A DNA stretch of 64,000 nt from a virus. Each line of letters begins with the position of its first letter. Position 1 is the stretch's first letter. The notes beneath the pieces were generated by a model. The model was not told the origin of the DNA. It saw nothing but the letters and a program-made list of their open reading frames with translations, and did not search any database. This document shows positions 55,392 to 64,000 of the stretch, piece after piece. The DNA is taken from the IMG/VR virus record IMGVR_UViG_3300034101_003866, positions 86,249 through 150,248 of that record; one strand, written 5' to 3'. The position numbers and the translations under genes are program-made.

Positions 55392-56429
55392 CTATCTTTT
55401 TCTTGCTTGAGATGCTTGGTTCATTAAATTCATTCTAACATCGGGTAAATTTCCATCATCAACAGAGCCCATTTGTTGAACATAATTCATTTTTTCTTTC
55501 ATTCTTCTTAAAGAGTCTGGAGAATTTAATCCAATAATATCTTCAATTTCTTCCTTGCTTTGTGGTATTAAAAATACTTCCTGAGCATTTTTTAGCTTCG
55601 GATTCATCTCGTCAATTTGGGCTTGTTTTTTCGCTTTTTGATTTTTCTCTCGTTGATGAATCATCCAACCATCTAACATATCGTCATCTTCAATAACATG
55701 ATCTGATGGACACTCAGGATGATCATAAATATTATCGTACATTCTAGTTACACTAACTGTTGTTCGTTGATCATCAGTCCAATCGCATACTGCTTTATTG
55801 AATACTTTCTCTTTATTACAGTTCCAGTACGATCTCCACATGGAACTTCTTGCTAATTCTTTATATGAGTCTATTGCGATATTCTGTTTATTTACTTCTG
55901 TTACTAAATCATTAAAATAAACATATGATGCTTGATCACTAGATACTTGTTTTGGAAAAACTCTCATATTATTTTTAAATAATGTATTACAAAGTATATA
56001 CTCGTTTTTTATGGATGATGCATATCCTTCTAAAGTATGAGAAAATAGGTCGTTTTTATAGTCCATAATTTTATTTAATTGATTTCTATATTCACTTAAT
56101 GATTTTTTAATTTTTTTTACTTTATCTGATAATGCTGCTGATAAAAACATATCCACTTTGCTTCTTTCAATCTTTTTTTCTATATCTTTAATAATGTTAT
56201 TTGTGTCCTTTGACCACAGGCCCAAACTAATTAACATATTATCCAAATCTTCTGCTCTAATCCAATCATTATATTTTTCATCATTAATGATACTATCATA
56301 TAATAGTTGAGCTTCATACTTAATATCAACAGATGAATTTTTTAGCTCATATTGCTCATTTTTATATGTGAATAATATTTTTCCTGATAATACTCTATAT
56401 AATAGTAATTCCAGATCAGCATCAGTCAT
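55392..56429 (-). CDS. Putative tail assembly chaperone/helical protein (345 aa)
   Basis: Alpha-helical charged protein between tail tube and TMP; function from position only. Confidence 0.55.
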   Translation of the reverse strand: MTDADLELLLYRVLSGKILFTYKNEQYELKNSSVDIKYEAQLLYDSIINDEKYNDWIRAEDLDNMLISLGLWSKDTNNIIKDIEKKIERSKVDMFLSAALSDKVKKIKKSLSEYRNQLNKIMDYKNDLFSHTLEGYASSIKNEYILCNTLFKNNMRVFPKQVSSDQASYVYFNDLVTEVNKQNIAIDSYKELARSSMWRSYWNCNKEKVFNKAVCDWTDDQRTTVSVTRMYDNIYDHPECPSDHVIEDDDMLDGWMIHQREKNQKAKKQAQIDEMNPKLKNAQEVFLIPQSKEEIEDIIGLNSPDSLRRMKEKMNYVQQMGSVDDGNLPDVRMNLMNQASQARKR

Positions 56430-56565
56430 CCTTGTTCCTGGTTTGTTTTAACTTTAGAATTTCAGAATCCTTGTCCTTTAACTGCTGCTGTAAACGCTCT
56501 AGCAGTTTTTGCATATTATACATATCCACATATAATTTTCCTACTATACTGAATAGTTCATCCAT
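56422..56565 (-). CDS. 47-aa coiled-coil protein missing from the ORF track
   Basis: MDELFSIVGKLYVDMYNMQKLLERLQQQLKDKDSEILKLKQTRNKDD*; AGGAC RBS; stop overlaps the next gene's start. Confidence 0.75.
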   Translation of the reverse strand: MDELFSIVGKLYVDMYNMQKLLERLQQQLKDKDSEILKLKQTRNKDD

Positions 56566-56620
56566 AGTTGTCCTAAGTCCTGTTCAATATCCCTTGTCTG
56601 CTTACAAATTTAACTAATTA

Positions 56621-57724
56621 TCAGTCACCAACATTGCTATCGGTACCATTATCTACCCAACTAGGATCAATGAATGATCCGCTACCGGTCACAACAAGCT
56701 TATTAAAGGTTTGATAGCTATATGTAACAGTAGCGTTACCACCGCCAGTATCTCCACCGGCATAATTAACGCTTGTTAGCTTATTCTTACTACCAAGATC
56801 AATACCTAAATTATTAGCATCTCCACTACCGCAAATACGAATAAAAATCGTCTTATCTTGAAGATTCTTATACTCAGTAGCGCAACTTGATGTTTGATTG
56901 CTAAAGTCTAAAGCATTAACCATATCTCCACTAGCGGCGATAATCTGGAATTCACTAGTAACTTCAAGAGGGAATGTTACATAACGATAGTATGGGGCCA
57001 TTGCTCCGAGTTCGAAAATTGCTTCACGACCAAGATTAGCACTAACAGTAACACTTTGGAGTCTTGGTTTTCCATTACCAGGAGCAGGAATACCACCACC
57101 AGCGCCTGTTGGAATAACACTATGAACAGCATTATACTTATAACGTCTAGCAACTGATGGAGCTGTCATTGTTCCGGCGGAAGTACCTGAATCAAAAGTA
57201 CCATTAGAGTTTGGAGCTCCATGTAATCCACTATTCCATACTTTATTATTTCCAACAAGAGTAATGTCTTCTGTAGCATTTCCTTCAACAGGAATAGTAT
57301 AGCTAACGCTTGACAAATACATTCCACTGCAGTCAACGTAGTTACTTGGTGTTCCAGTAGCTGCTGCTAAATCGTCACTATAAAGACCTAAACGAACATT
57401 AACTCTATTATTTGCTAAAGCAACAAGTTCTTTTCCACTAGCGAAAGTAGCAGCATTTTGTCCACACATACATAATAGATATAGTGGGAATGTTCCGTCA
57501 ATAATTTTACTCATTGTAACTTCAACTTCAGGAACATTTTCCATGTTATCGTAAAGTTCGATTTGACCTAATTGGAAAACTTGTTCTAGTGTGAAGTTTG
57601 TTGTGATACCTATGCTCTGTAAGCCTCTAGGATAGTACCAGTTAGAGGCGACTGCTGTTCCGTCTACGTTTTGTCCTTTAAGAGCAACACCTTGTGTGGC
57701 GTAAAAAATTCTGTTAAATGGCAT
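56621..57724 (-). CDS. Major tail tube protein (probable)
   Basis: Position between terminator-like and chaperone genes; two internally similar halves (LQSIGITTNFTLEQVFQLGQ / LQSVTVSANLGREAIFELGA); GGAG RBS; own candidate promoter. Confidence 0.7.
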   Translation of the reverse strand: MPFNRIFYATQGVALKGQNVDGTAVASNWYYPRGLQSIGITTNFTLEQVFQLGQIELYDNMENVPEVEVTMSKIIDGTFPLYLLCMCGQNAATFASGKELVALANNRVNVRLGLYSDDLAAATGTPSNYVDCSGMYLSSVSYTIPVEGNATEDITLVGNNKVWNSGLHGAPNSNGTFDSGTSAGTMTAPSVARRYKYNAVHSVIPTGAGGGIPAPGNGKPRLQSVTVSANLGREAIFELGAMAPYYRYVTFPLEVTSEFQIIAASGDMVNALDFSNQTSSCATEYKNLQDKTIFIRICGSGDANNLGIDLGSKNKLTSVNYAGGDTGGGNATVTYSYQTFNKLVVTGSGSFIDPSWVDNGTDSNVGD

Positions 57725-57762
57725 GTGTATTCTCCGAATAAGGGGTGTTTTGATTTATATGT

Positions 57763-57772
57763 AATATACACC
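57763..57772 (-). promoter_or_regulatory. Candidate late promoter GGTGTATATT
   Basis: Intergenic, about 40 nt upstream of the tail tube ATG. Confidence 0.5.
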
Positions 57773-57775
57773 AAG

Positions 57776-58711
57776 TCATGGAAAAATTTCTATCGACCAT
57801 CTGATAAGACCATTATATAAGTTGCTGCTCAAAGTATTCATTTCGCCAAGACTGCTACTTTTAATATTACACCAATACTGCCTAAAATTAGCTACCAATC
57901 CAGGATAATTTTGTCCATTTCGATTAATACTTCCTTCCGAAGTTAATGAATAAACTTGGTTTTTGGCTACTTTATCAGAGTCATATAGAAATAAGACTTT
58001 ATCTTTTTGAGCTAATAATATATCTATTAATACATTTCTTTGAGTTGCAGTTGGAGAAAAAATATGAAGAAAAACATCCTGAGTCCAAACATTTTGGGTG
58101 GTTCCTAATTGAAAAGGAGTTAGTTCTGTTCTTGGCGCAAGCTCTATAATAACTGCTGGCAATTGTACTCTATGAATAGAGGTGATAGCATAATCTCCAT
58201 TCGACTTATAATTAGCCGGATTATACGTTTCTTTTTGAACCTCTTTCCACCATAATGAATCAGTAGATTTATAGGTTTGAACATATCTGTATGAATATCC
58301 AGCAGTAACAGAGCTAGTGGCAGAAACAGCATTAGTAAATTTAATTTGACCTAATGGATAATTTACAGAATATGTATAACTACCACTTCCTGATGGTGCA
58401 GGAAGAAAAGCGTTGTTTAGATATACTCCAGAAAATAATGATGGAGAAACTCCACTATATACTATTCCTGATTCGTAAACCCAGTCTTTTCTTGGAGCCT
58501 GCCATAATCTATTTCCTGCAACAGTAGGGTCAGTTGACAACTTTAATGTTTGAAAACCAACTGTTCCTGTTATAGCCACTGTTGGGGTTGATACATTTAT
58601 AAATCCTCCAATATTTAAAAATGACCAATCTAGAAAACTCTTTAGGTTATCTTCTAAATTTGATATCTTATCTTTATATGTTATTGAGCCAACATTATGA
58701 AATTGTGTCAT
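57776..58711 (-). CDS. Putative tail terminator protein
   Basis: Immediately upstream of the tube gene; LPAVIIE...QLG...DVFLHIFS...RNVLIDIL resembles the terminator alpha/beta pattern. Confidence 0.55.
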   Translation of the reverse strand: MTQFHNVGSITYKDKISNLEDNLKSFLDWSFLNIGGFINVSTPTVAITGTVGFQTLKLSTDPTVAGNRLWQAPRKDWVYESGIVYSGVSPSLFSGVYLNNAFLPAPSGSGSYTYSVNYPLGQIKFTNAVSATSSVTAGYSYRYVQTYKSTDSLWWKEVQKETYNPANYKSNGDYAITSIHRVQLPAVIIELAPRTELTPFQLGTTQNVWTQDVFLHIFSPTATQRNVLIDILLAQKDKVLFLYDSDKVAKNQVYSLTSEGSINRNGQNYPGLVANFRQYWCNIKSSSLGEMNTLSSNLYNGLIRWSIEIFP

Positions 58712-59349
58712 AGATTTTTTTCTATATTCTCTTGAATAATTTTATAGACACTATCTTCTACACTATTTATGGCTCTGGTTGTCCAATTATCATTTTCTGT
58801 TCCTGCAAACTGTGGAGGAACTCTCCAAGAACTTGACGATGGAATCATAATGGCCATTCCTGATCTTGAATATGGAGATGGAAAATATGATACCTCATAG
58901 TTTTTAACTAATATTTCATTACCTTTTAATAATAGCCATTCTAGCCATGGTAAAGAATATCCGCTAGCATCTTTTACAGATGCTATGTCAGCATATATAA
59001 CTCCATTTAGATCATCAGATTTCATCATTGTAAGCACGAATCCGCCAGACAAACCTTTATTTGTAACTGTTATAGCATTTCTTTGAACAGATAATGTCTC
59101 TATAAGAGCATCTATTACGGAATTGATCGAGGTAGCGTCGGCTATGCCTAATTCAGCCTTTAGTGTTCCTGTCATTAAAGAAGAATATTCTGGTTGATTT
59201 CTTAATGACTCACTAACAAGAATTTTGATTTGTGATGAAATTGTTGGAAGAGCTTTATTGATCGCTTTATCTAGAATAATCTTTAATTCATCCATGATTA
59301 GTTTAGCTATTTGATTATCAGTTTCTAATAATCGTAAAGAAAATTTCAT
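58708..59349 (-). CDS. Putative tail completion/neck protein
   Basis: Synteny (stopper - completion - terminator - tube); ATGA overlaps on both sides. Confidence 0.5.
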   Translation of the reverse strand: MKFSLRLLETDNQIAKLIMDELKIILDKAINKALPTISSQIKILVSESLRNQPEYSSLMTGTLKAELGIADATSINSVIDALIETLSVQRNAITVTNKGLSGGFVLTMMKSDDLNGVIYADIASVKDASGYSLPWLEWLLLKGNEILVKNYEVSYFPSPYSRSGMAIMIPSSSSWRVPPQFAGTENDNWTTRAINSVEDSVYKIIQENIEKNL

Positions 59350-59879
59350 TTACGCTTCCACATAGTTATAATATATGAATTATTACCAAGTCCTGCTGGT
59401 TCTGGATCTCCAGCTCTTTCATAGGTATAATTACCATACTTGCTAATCTTAGAATCTATAATAATTTCAGAGGCATTTCTAATTTTTGGTAAAAGCTCAA
59501 CTTTACATATTGTTTGAACCATCCCATCTGGAATATTAACAGTTTTTGAAGACCAATTCATCCAGTACTTGCTATCAAATATGCAAGCCAAATATACTGT
59601 TTCGCTTGAGGATGATGATGTTGTCATGCCCATACCCATGCAAGAAGGACATATTGAACCTTCTGGAAATGGATTAGGGCCCCTATTATTATATTTATTT
59701 GAAGACAATCCAGAGATAGTATCAAAAATACAGTTATTACAATAAACAGCATTTCCCGCACCAGAGTATTTAAAAGTACAAGGAACAGTCAATGCTGTGG
59801 TTTCCAACAAAGAGTCTATGGCATCTTTATATAGTTGTTTAAATTCTGAATTTATTAAATTAGAAAAAGGATTTGTCAT
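59346..59879 (-). CDS. Putative head-closure (stopper) protein with a Zn-binding insertion
   Basis: CNNC...CPSCMGMG pair; C-terminal YERAGDPEPAGLG...YIITMWKR; synteny. Confidence 0.55.
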   Translation of the reverse strand: MTNPFSNLINSEFKQLYKDAIDSLLETTALTVPCTFKYSGAGNAVYCNNCIFDTISGLSSNKYNNRGPNPFPEGSICPSCMGMGMTTSSSSSETVYLACIFDSKYWMNWSSKTVNIPDGMVQTICKVELLPKIRNASEIIIDSKISKYGNYTYERAGDPEPAGLGNNSYIITMWKRK

Positions 59880-60073
59880 TTTGATATATAAACCATATTT
59901 GTAGCACTATTCTGGAGATCAACTGACGTTTTAGTTAAATTTTGACTATACCTTAAAATAATTTTAGAAATACTAATAGTATTTGTAATAAAATCATTCA
60001 TAGAGATTGATAGTGTTGACTGTTCAATATTAACAGATCCAATAGTGTTATAGTTTTCTTTAACAATATTCAT
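59876..60073 (-). CDS. Hypothetical protein (65 aa)
   Basis: Start and stop both overlap neighbouring genes. Confidence 0.6.
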   Translation of the reverse strand: MNIVKENYNTIGSVNIEQSTLSISMNDFITNTISISKIILRYSQNLTKTSVDLQNSATNMVYISK

Positions 60074-60315
60074 TATGGATTATTTGTTGGTGGGGCTTTA
60101 GCTTCTCCAGGAACTCCAGGAGCAGCAGGAGCATAAGGAGCATCTTGATCAACTATAGCCTGAATGCATAGTTGTGCCCATAATTCTGCTTCTGTTGCAG
60201 AACCCCAGGGTGTTGAATCTGGCCAATCTGGTTGATATACAATTGGCTCAGTTCTTCCTTCAGTAAAAATATTAACTGCAAAACTATTAGGATCTACTGT
60301 GTAAGTTAAATTCAT
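60073..60315 (-). CDS. Small hypothetical protein, possibly fibre-associated (80 aa)
   Basis: AGGAG RBS; follows the propeller gene; QPDWPD.TPW...EAELWA motif. Confidence 0.7.
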   Translation of the reverse strand: MNLTYTVDPNSFAVNIFTEGRTEPIVYQPDWPDSTPWGSATEAELWAQLCIQAIVDQDAPYAPAAPGVPGEAKAPPTNNP

Positions 60316-60347
60316 AAAATCATCTCCTATACTTAAAATTAAAAATA

Positions 60348-61673
60348 TTATGTAATACTATACCAATTATCGGCAGTTATTGATCTTTGTGTCCAAGTTA
60401 TTCCATTTGATGATGTTGCTACTATACTACCATTACCAATAGCGATAAAGGTGTTATTTATATATATTATACTGTTCCACTGATTAGCAAAAATATTTTG
60501 ATTAGACCAACTAGATGTGTCACTAGATAATGTTACGGCAGATGAGCTATTGGCTATAGCAACATAAACTCCATTTCCATAGGCCACTGTTGTCCAATAA
60601 TCGGTAGATGGTAATGTTCCAGAGGTCCAATTTATTCCGTCTGAACTAATTAGTGTAATATTTGTATTATAGCCAACTATAACAAATCTACCGTCTCCGA
60701 ATACTATGTCTTTCCATTCTCTTGATACCGGCAAAGATCTTTGAGTCCATGTAGTACCATTTGTTGATGTTGCTATTATGGATGATGAGTCTGATATGGC
60801 AACAAAAATACTATTGCCATATGCTACAGATTTCCATGTTGCATTAGCTGGTAGATTTACTGCATTCCACGTTAATCCGTCAGAGGATTTTGCAGCAATA
60901 TGAGAGGCTGATAGAACAAGGAACATGTTGTTAGCATAGATTGCTTCTGTCCATTGATTGTTGGCATCGGCAATATTAAAATTATTACTAGTCCATGTGA
61001 TACCATGCGACGAATAATCATAGTCAGAGCTATTGTATGCACATGCTATAAATTTATTGTTGCCATAGGCAATACCTGTCCAATATCTAGAAGCTGTTAA
61101 ATTATTAATATTCCATGTTGCTCCATTATTTGGAGAGGCTGCTGATCTGTTGCTATTAAAAGCCACCGCAACAGGAAAACCTCCAACAGGATATACAACC
61201 GGCATTGTTGGTTCTGGCGTTGGGGTTGGATCGGGTGTTGGACTTGGCTCAGGTGTTGCGTCAGGTGTTGGTGTGAGCGTTTGAGTAATTGATGGAGTAG
61301 GAGTGACGTAAGGAGTCACAGAAATTGTTGGCGTTAACGAAACTGTTGGCGTTACTGTTTGAGTTACTGAAATTGTTGGGGTCTTTGTTGGGCTTATGCT
61401 GATTGTGGGAGTAACGGTCCTTGTTTGTGTTGGGGTTTTTGTTACTGTGCGAGTTGGTGTTCTTGTTACTCCGGGGAGAGCTGCTCCTGGCCCAAGCTTA
61501 TAATAAGCAGGATCGTCAAACTTTTCATCATATGTATCTATATCAGACGGATTGACCGGATCAGCATCTTTGGAACTATCATAGTAGTTCATGGCTTGTC
61601 CACCAGTATTTACAGTACTAGAACCATTACTTATTGGTCTGTCTTCTCTCGCTTTTGAAATATCTGTCATCAA
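60348..61673 (-). CDS. Thr/Pro stalk plus beta-propeller protein (putative adhesin/decoration)
   Basis: TPT repeats at about 61205-61470 then about seven W..[IV]AYGN..FVA...S.[DN]G.TW blades; AAAGGA RBS. Confidence 0.8.
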   Translation of the reverse strand: MMTDISKAREDRPISNGSSTVNTGGQAMNYYDSSKDADPVNPSDIDTYDEKFDDPAYYKLGPGAALPGVTRTPTRTVTKTPTQTRTVTPTISISPTKTPTISVTQTVTPTVSLTPTISVTPYVTPTPSITQTLTPTPDATPEPSPTPDPTPTPEPTMPVVYPVGGFPVAVAFNSNRSAASPNNGATWNINNLTASRYWTGIAYGNNKFIACAYNSSDYDYSSHGITWTSNNFNIADANNQWTEAIYANNMFLVLSASHIAAKSSDGLTWNAVNLPANATWKSVAYGNSIFVAISDSSSIIATSTNGTTWTQRSLPVSREWKDIVFGDGRFVIVGYNTNITLISSDGINWTSGTLPSTDYWTTVAYGNGVYVAIANSSSAVTLSSDTSSWSNQNIFANQWNSIIYINNTFIAIGNGSIVATSSNGITWTQRSITADNWYSIT

Positions 61674-61694
61674 TATATCCTTTATTTTATAAGA

Positions 61695-62684
61695 TTATGG
61701 TTTGTATGTTAGTACAAGTTTCCAGCCAGCTATTGATCCAGAAATTGTGGGGTCGGTATCTTTCACTATAAGATTCCAAACTCCCGTTACGCTATTTCCA
61801 AATAAATGATCAAAGCCATATGCTAAAGTTTCATTTGAGTATTTGATAGAGTTTATTTTTTGACTATTGTTATATATATTACATAGATTGCCATTGGATA
61901 CATTATGCAAATACGATGTTGGTAATGCTTTATTAGAAAACATAAAACTAAAATTATTACTATTATTAGATATTTTATGATTACCAGCTAAGAGTATCTT
62001 GTTTCCAGAAGGAGGAGCTAGAAGAAGTTGTAAATCTTGTGGAGATGAATGGTTTAGATTATTTATAACCAGTTCCACATTTTCTATTTGTCTAGTATCT
62101 GTTGTAGAAACTGATCCAGTAACAGCGGATAGGTCTGGTATTTGTAGTGACGATCCTTCATATACTTTAGAATAAATATCAACATCTAAACAGTCTGTTT
62201 TTAAGCAAAGATCCTCAACGTCTGGTAGAGGTGTGGCTGTTGGAGTTGGTGTTCCTCCGCCTGTGTTGCCGCCTTCTGTACCACCTGTTCCTGGGTTTGT
62301 TTGTTGTACTTGACAATTTGGAAATGGTGTTTGTCTTTTTAGTATAGTTACAGAACCAGATACTAGTCTAGTAATCTTAGTTCCTTGTATAACATCTAAA
62401 TCATATACTGCATTATCAAATGAATATAGTTTAGTTAATGAATTATCAAGCTTTAATGTAATAAGACCTTTATCAGAAGCAACAAAAGAATAATTAGGGG
62501 CTTGAATTGTTGTTGAAAAAGACGTGGTTGCACTAACACCAGAATTTGGTATCATTTGCAGAACAACACAAGCTCCTTGATTACTACTTAAATCAACAGG
62601 ACTACCATTCTCATTATTGTATTGAAAATTAATTTCAAAGTCAGTACCCTGTTCAATTATAAAGTTATAGTTTACTGCTGGCAT
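61695..62684 (-). CDS. Ig-like N-terminal domain plus C-terminal proprotein convertase P-domain-like module
   Basis: YNFIIEQGTDF...AVYDLDV...RLVSG.V N-terminal module; IENVELVINNLNHSSPQDLQLLLAPPSG...GVWNLIVKD...GSIAGWKL is a P-domain signature. Confidence 0.8.
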   Translation of the reverse strand: MPAVNYNFIIEQGTDFEINFQYNNENGSPVDLSSNQGACVVLQMIPNSGVSATTSFSTTIQAPNYSFVASDKGLITLKLDNSLTKLYSFDNAVYDLDVIQGTKITRLVSGSVTILKRQTPFPNCQVQQTNPGTGGTEGGNTGGGTPTPTATPLPDVEDLCLKTDCLDVDIYSKVYEGSSLQIPDLSAVTGSVSTTDTRQIENVELVINNLNHSSPQDLQLLLAPPSGNKILLAGNHKISNNSNNFSFMFSNKALPTSYLHNVSNGNLCNIYNNSQKINSIKYSNETLAYGFDHLFGNSVTGVWNLIVKDTDPTISGSIAGWKLVLTYKP

Positions 62685-62696
62685 AAGATTTCCTTG

Positions 62697-63206
62697 TTAA
62701 AATAAATCTCTTCCTCTATTATCAGAGAATAGTGATCGTGGATCAAATTTATTACCAACAAACGGACCAAGAATTGCTCTAACAGCAGTAGCCTGACTAA
62801 CATCCCAGTGAGAGGTTAATTCATCGTATGATGCACATGGTCCTTTTTCTAGTATCTTTATGAATCCTTCTAAACTTCCCTTAACAGTTAGTGTTGCTGA
62901 TCCTAGTGATGCTCTTATTCCTTCTAAAGCGGCCTTTGTTCTTAGTGCGCTTTGGTCAACAATACATGCTGCTTTAAGAGACACTAAGCTAATAAAAATC
63001 TCATCATTATGATTAGTTGGATCAGGACTTATATTTCCTTCAACAACATCTACATTATAAGAATAATCAAGAACAACGTCAAATTGAACATATTTAGCAG
63101 CAACTGCTATTATTTGTTTTAGCCTTTCATCACTATATGATGGTTGATCACTTAAATCATTAATGAGTGTTCTTACGATGATTGGTATTTCTATATCCCA
63201 AGACAT
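62697..63206 (-). CDS. Putative head-tail adaptor protein
   Basis: IVRTLINDL....YSDERL..II..A pattern typical of gp6/gp15-like adaptors; position upstream of neck genes. Confidence 0.6.
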   Translation of the reverse strand: MSWDIEIPIIVRTLINDLSDQPSYSDERLKQIIAVAAKYVQFDVVLDYSYNVDVVEGNISPDPTNHNDEIFISLVSLKAACIVDQSALRTKAALEGIRASLGSATLTVKGSLEGFIKILEKGPCASYDELTSHWDVSQATAVRAILGPFVGNKFDPRSLFSDNRGRDLF

Positions 63207-63255
63207 AATATGGCCTTTTTAAAAAATGAAATCTTAAGTACTTATAGGCATTATC

Positions 63256-63267
63256 TATTTATACACT
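63256..63267 (-). promoter_or_regulatory. Candidate late promoter AGTGTATAAATA
   Basis: Intergenic variant of the GGTGTA motif that also contains TATAAATA, the T4 late promoter consensus. Confidence 0.5.
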
Positions 63268-63269
63268 TT

Positions 63270-63620
63270 TTAAACTGATCCTGAGGGATTTGGGAGCTGA
63301 TCCTGAATAGTCACAGTACCATCTTCATTCATGGTGAATTGACCGATAACATCCCAGCCTTCTTGTATACTCTCTGGTTTTATACTATTAATTAATTGTC
63401 CTAGCGCATAGTGTAATTCAAATACCTCCCTAGCATCAGTTCCTAGAGCTTCTGCTATTTGAGTTGGAGTAGAGTGTGGATTGTTCCAAAAGTTTTTAGA
63501 ACCCATATTAAAAGCATTGGTCATCATTTGAAAAGTTTGTCTGGTAGTGCCTTTAATATTATTGGCTACTCTAACAGCTCTATCAACTGGATTTTGTGAA
63601 TTATTATCTAAAATACTCAT
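63270..63620 (-). CDS. Hypothetical protein (116 aa)
   Basis: ORF with GGAG RBS and ATGA overlap with the upstream small gene. Confidence 0.75.
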   Translation of the reverse strand: MSILDNNSQNPVDRAVRVANNIKGTTRQTFQMMTNAFNMGSKNFWNNPHSTPTQIAEALGTDAREVFELHYALGQLINSIKPESIQEGWDVIGQFTMNEDGTVTIQDQLPNPSGSV

Positions 63621-63793
63621 ATTATTTCTCCATTATTTAGATTTGATAAATAACTTTCAACTAATTCATTAACTTCTTCTTGTGTTGGATAGTGGTCAAA
63701 TTTGAAGAACTGGGTTGAGTTTTCGTCAATTTTTATTCTAAAACGATATCTGTCTGATGACTCGGAAAATATTTCAATTATTTCGTAATTCAT
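63617..63793 (-). CDS. 58-aa hypothetical protein missing from the ORF track
   Basis: MNYEIIEIFSESSDRYRFRIKIDENSTQFFKFDHYPTQEEVNELVESYLSNLNNGEII*; AAGGA RBS; ATGA overlap. Confidence 0.75.
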   Translation of the reverse strand: MNYEIIEIFSESSDRYRFRIKIDENSTQFFKFDHYPTQEEVNELVESYLSNLNNGEII

Positions 63794-63802
63794 TTTTTTT
63801 CC

Positions 63803-64000
63803 TTATATTTGTACTATAGTAAGATCGTCTATATATCCGGTAAATGTTGATCCGCCCCAACACTCTGCAAGTATATCCACAGCACCAGCTTCTGTTGGAG
63901 TAAAGTTAAGAGTAATTTGTTGCCATGTGTCAGCAGCTGCTGTCATATAACTCGTAATATCATTGTCTACACCAGCTATTTGTCTACCTTTAATTCTTAG
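63803..64000 (-). CDS. 3' end of a truncated gene ending in a carbohydrate-binding-module-like jelly roll
   Basis: Open frame LRIKGRQIAGV...DTWQQITLNFTPTEAGAVDILAECWGGSTFTGYIDDLTIVQI*; W..IT..FT and YIDD are CBM-like. Confidence 0.65.
   Translation of the reverse strand, partial: LRIKGRQIAGVDNDITSYMTAAADTWQQITLNFTPTEAGAVDILAECWGGSTFTGYIDDLTIVQI

Noticed and set aside
632-64000. Stop-codon reassignment, as found in some large phages
   Set aside because: Very long ORFs are intact in code 11 and TAA, TAG and TGA all end tightly packed genes
1-64000. tRNA, rRNA, integrase, transposase, capsid, terminase or tail sheath genes
   Set aside because: None recognisable; intergenic gaps are about 100 nt or less and are explained by RBS, promoter or terminator elements

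Overview
AT-rich (visually about 30-35% GC) segment of a large tailed dsDNA phage read in the standard code, with Shine-Dalgarno sites before many genes. Almost the whole window (632-64000) is one minus-strand virion morphogenesis region; two small plus-strand genes converge on it at the left end through a hairpin. In transcription order (right to left): accessory fibre/decoration genes, putative head-tail adaptor, stopper, tail completion and terminator, tail tube, putative chaperones, a 5882-aa tape measure protein (TMP), about 20 kb of fibre/adhesin-like genes, then three large putative tail-tip/baseplate proteins. No sheath gene is visible, so a siphovirus-like tail is likely. Main finding: the TMP looks like a polyprotein of injected effectors. 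Four copies of a GG...DTVPA(M/L)L(T/E)PGEFV module bracket two cargo blocks. Block 1 holds a thermonuclease-like domain, a P-loop kinase plus HIGH-family nucleotidyltransferase plus PD-(D/E)xK-like unit, an unknown unit and two ADP-ribosyltransferases of different clades, each unit bounded by a [FYL]xxGG motif that could be a processing site. Block 2 holds an HPD J-domain. Other notable features: three circularly permuted FGE/sulfatase-modifying-factor (C-type lectin fold) domains, an unnamed Cys-rich 'NWP' repeat family across three genes, Thr/Pro stalks, a candidate GGTGTA late promoter and a terminator directly in front of the TMP. All domain calls are by motif recognition; no database search was run.
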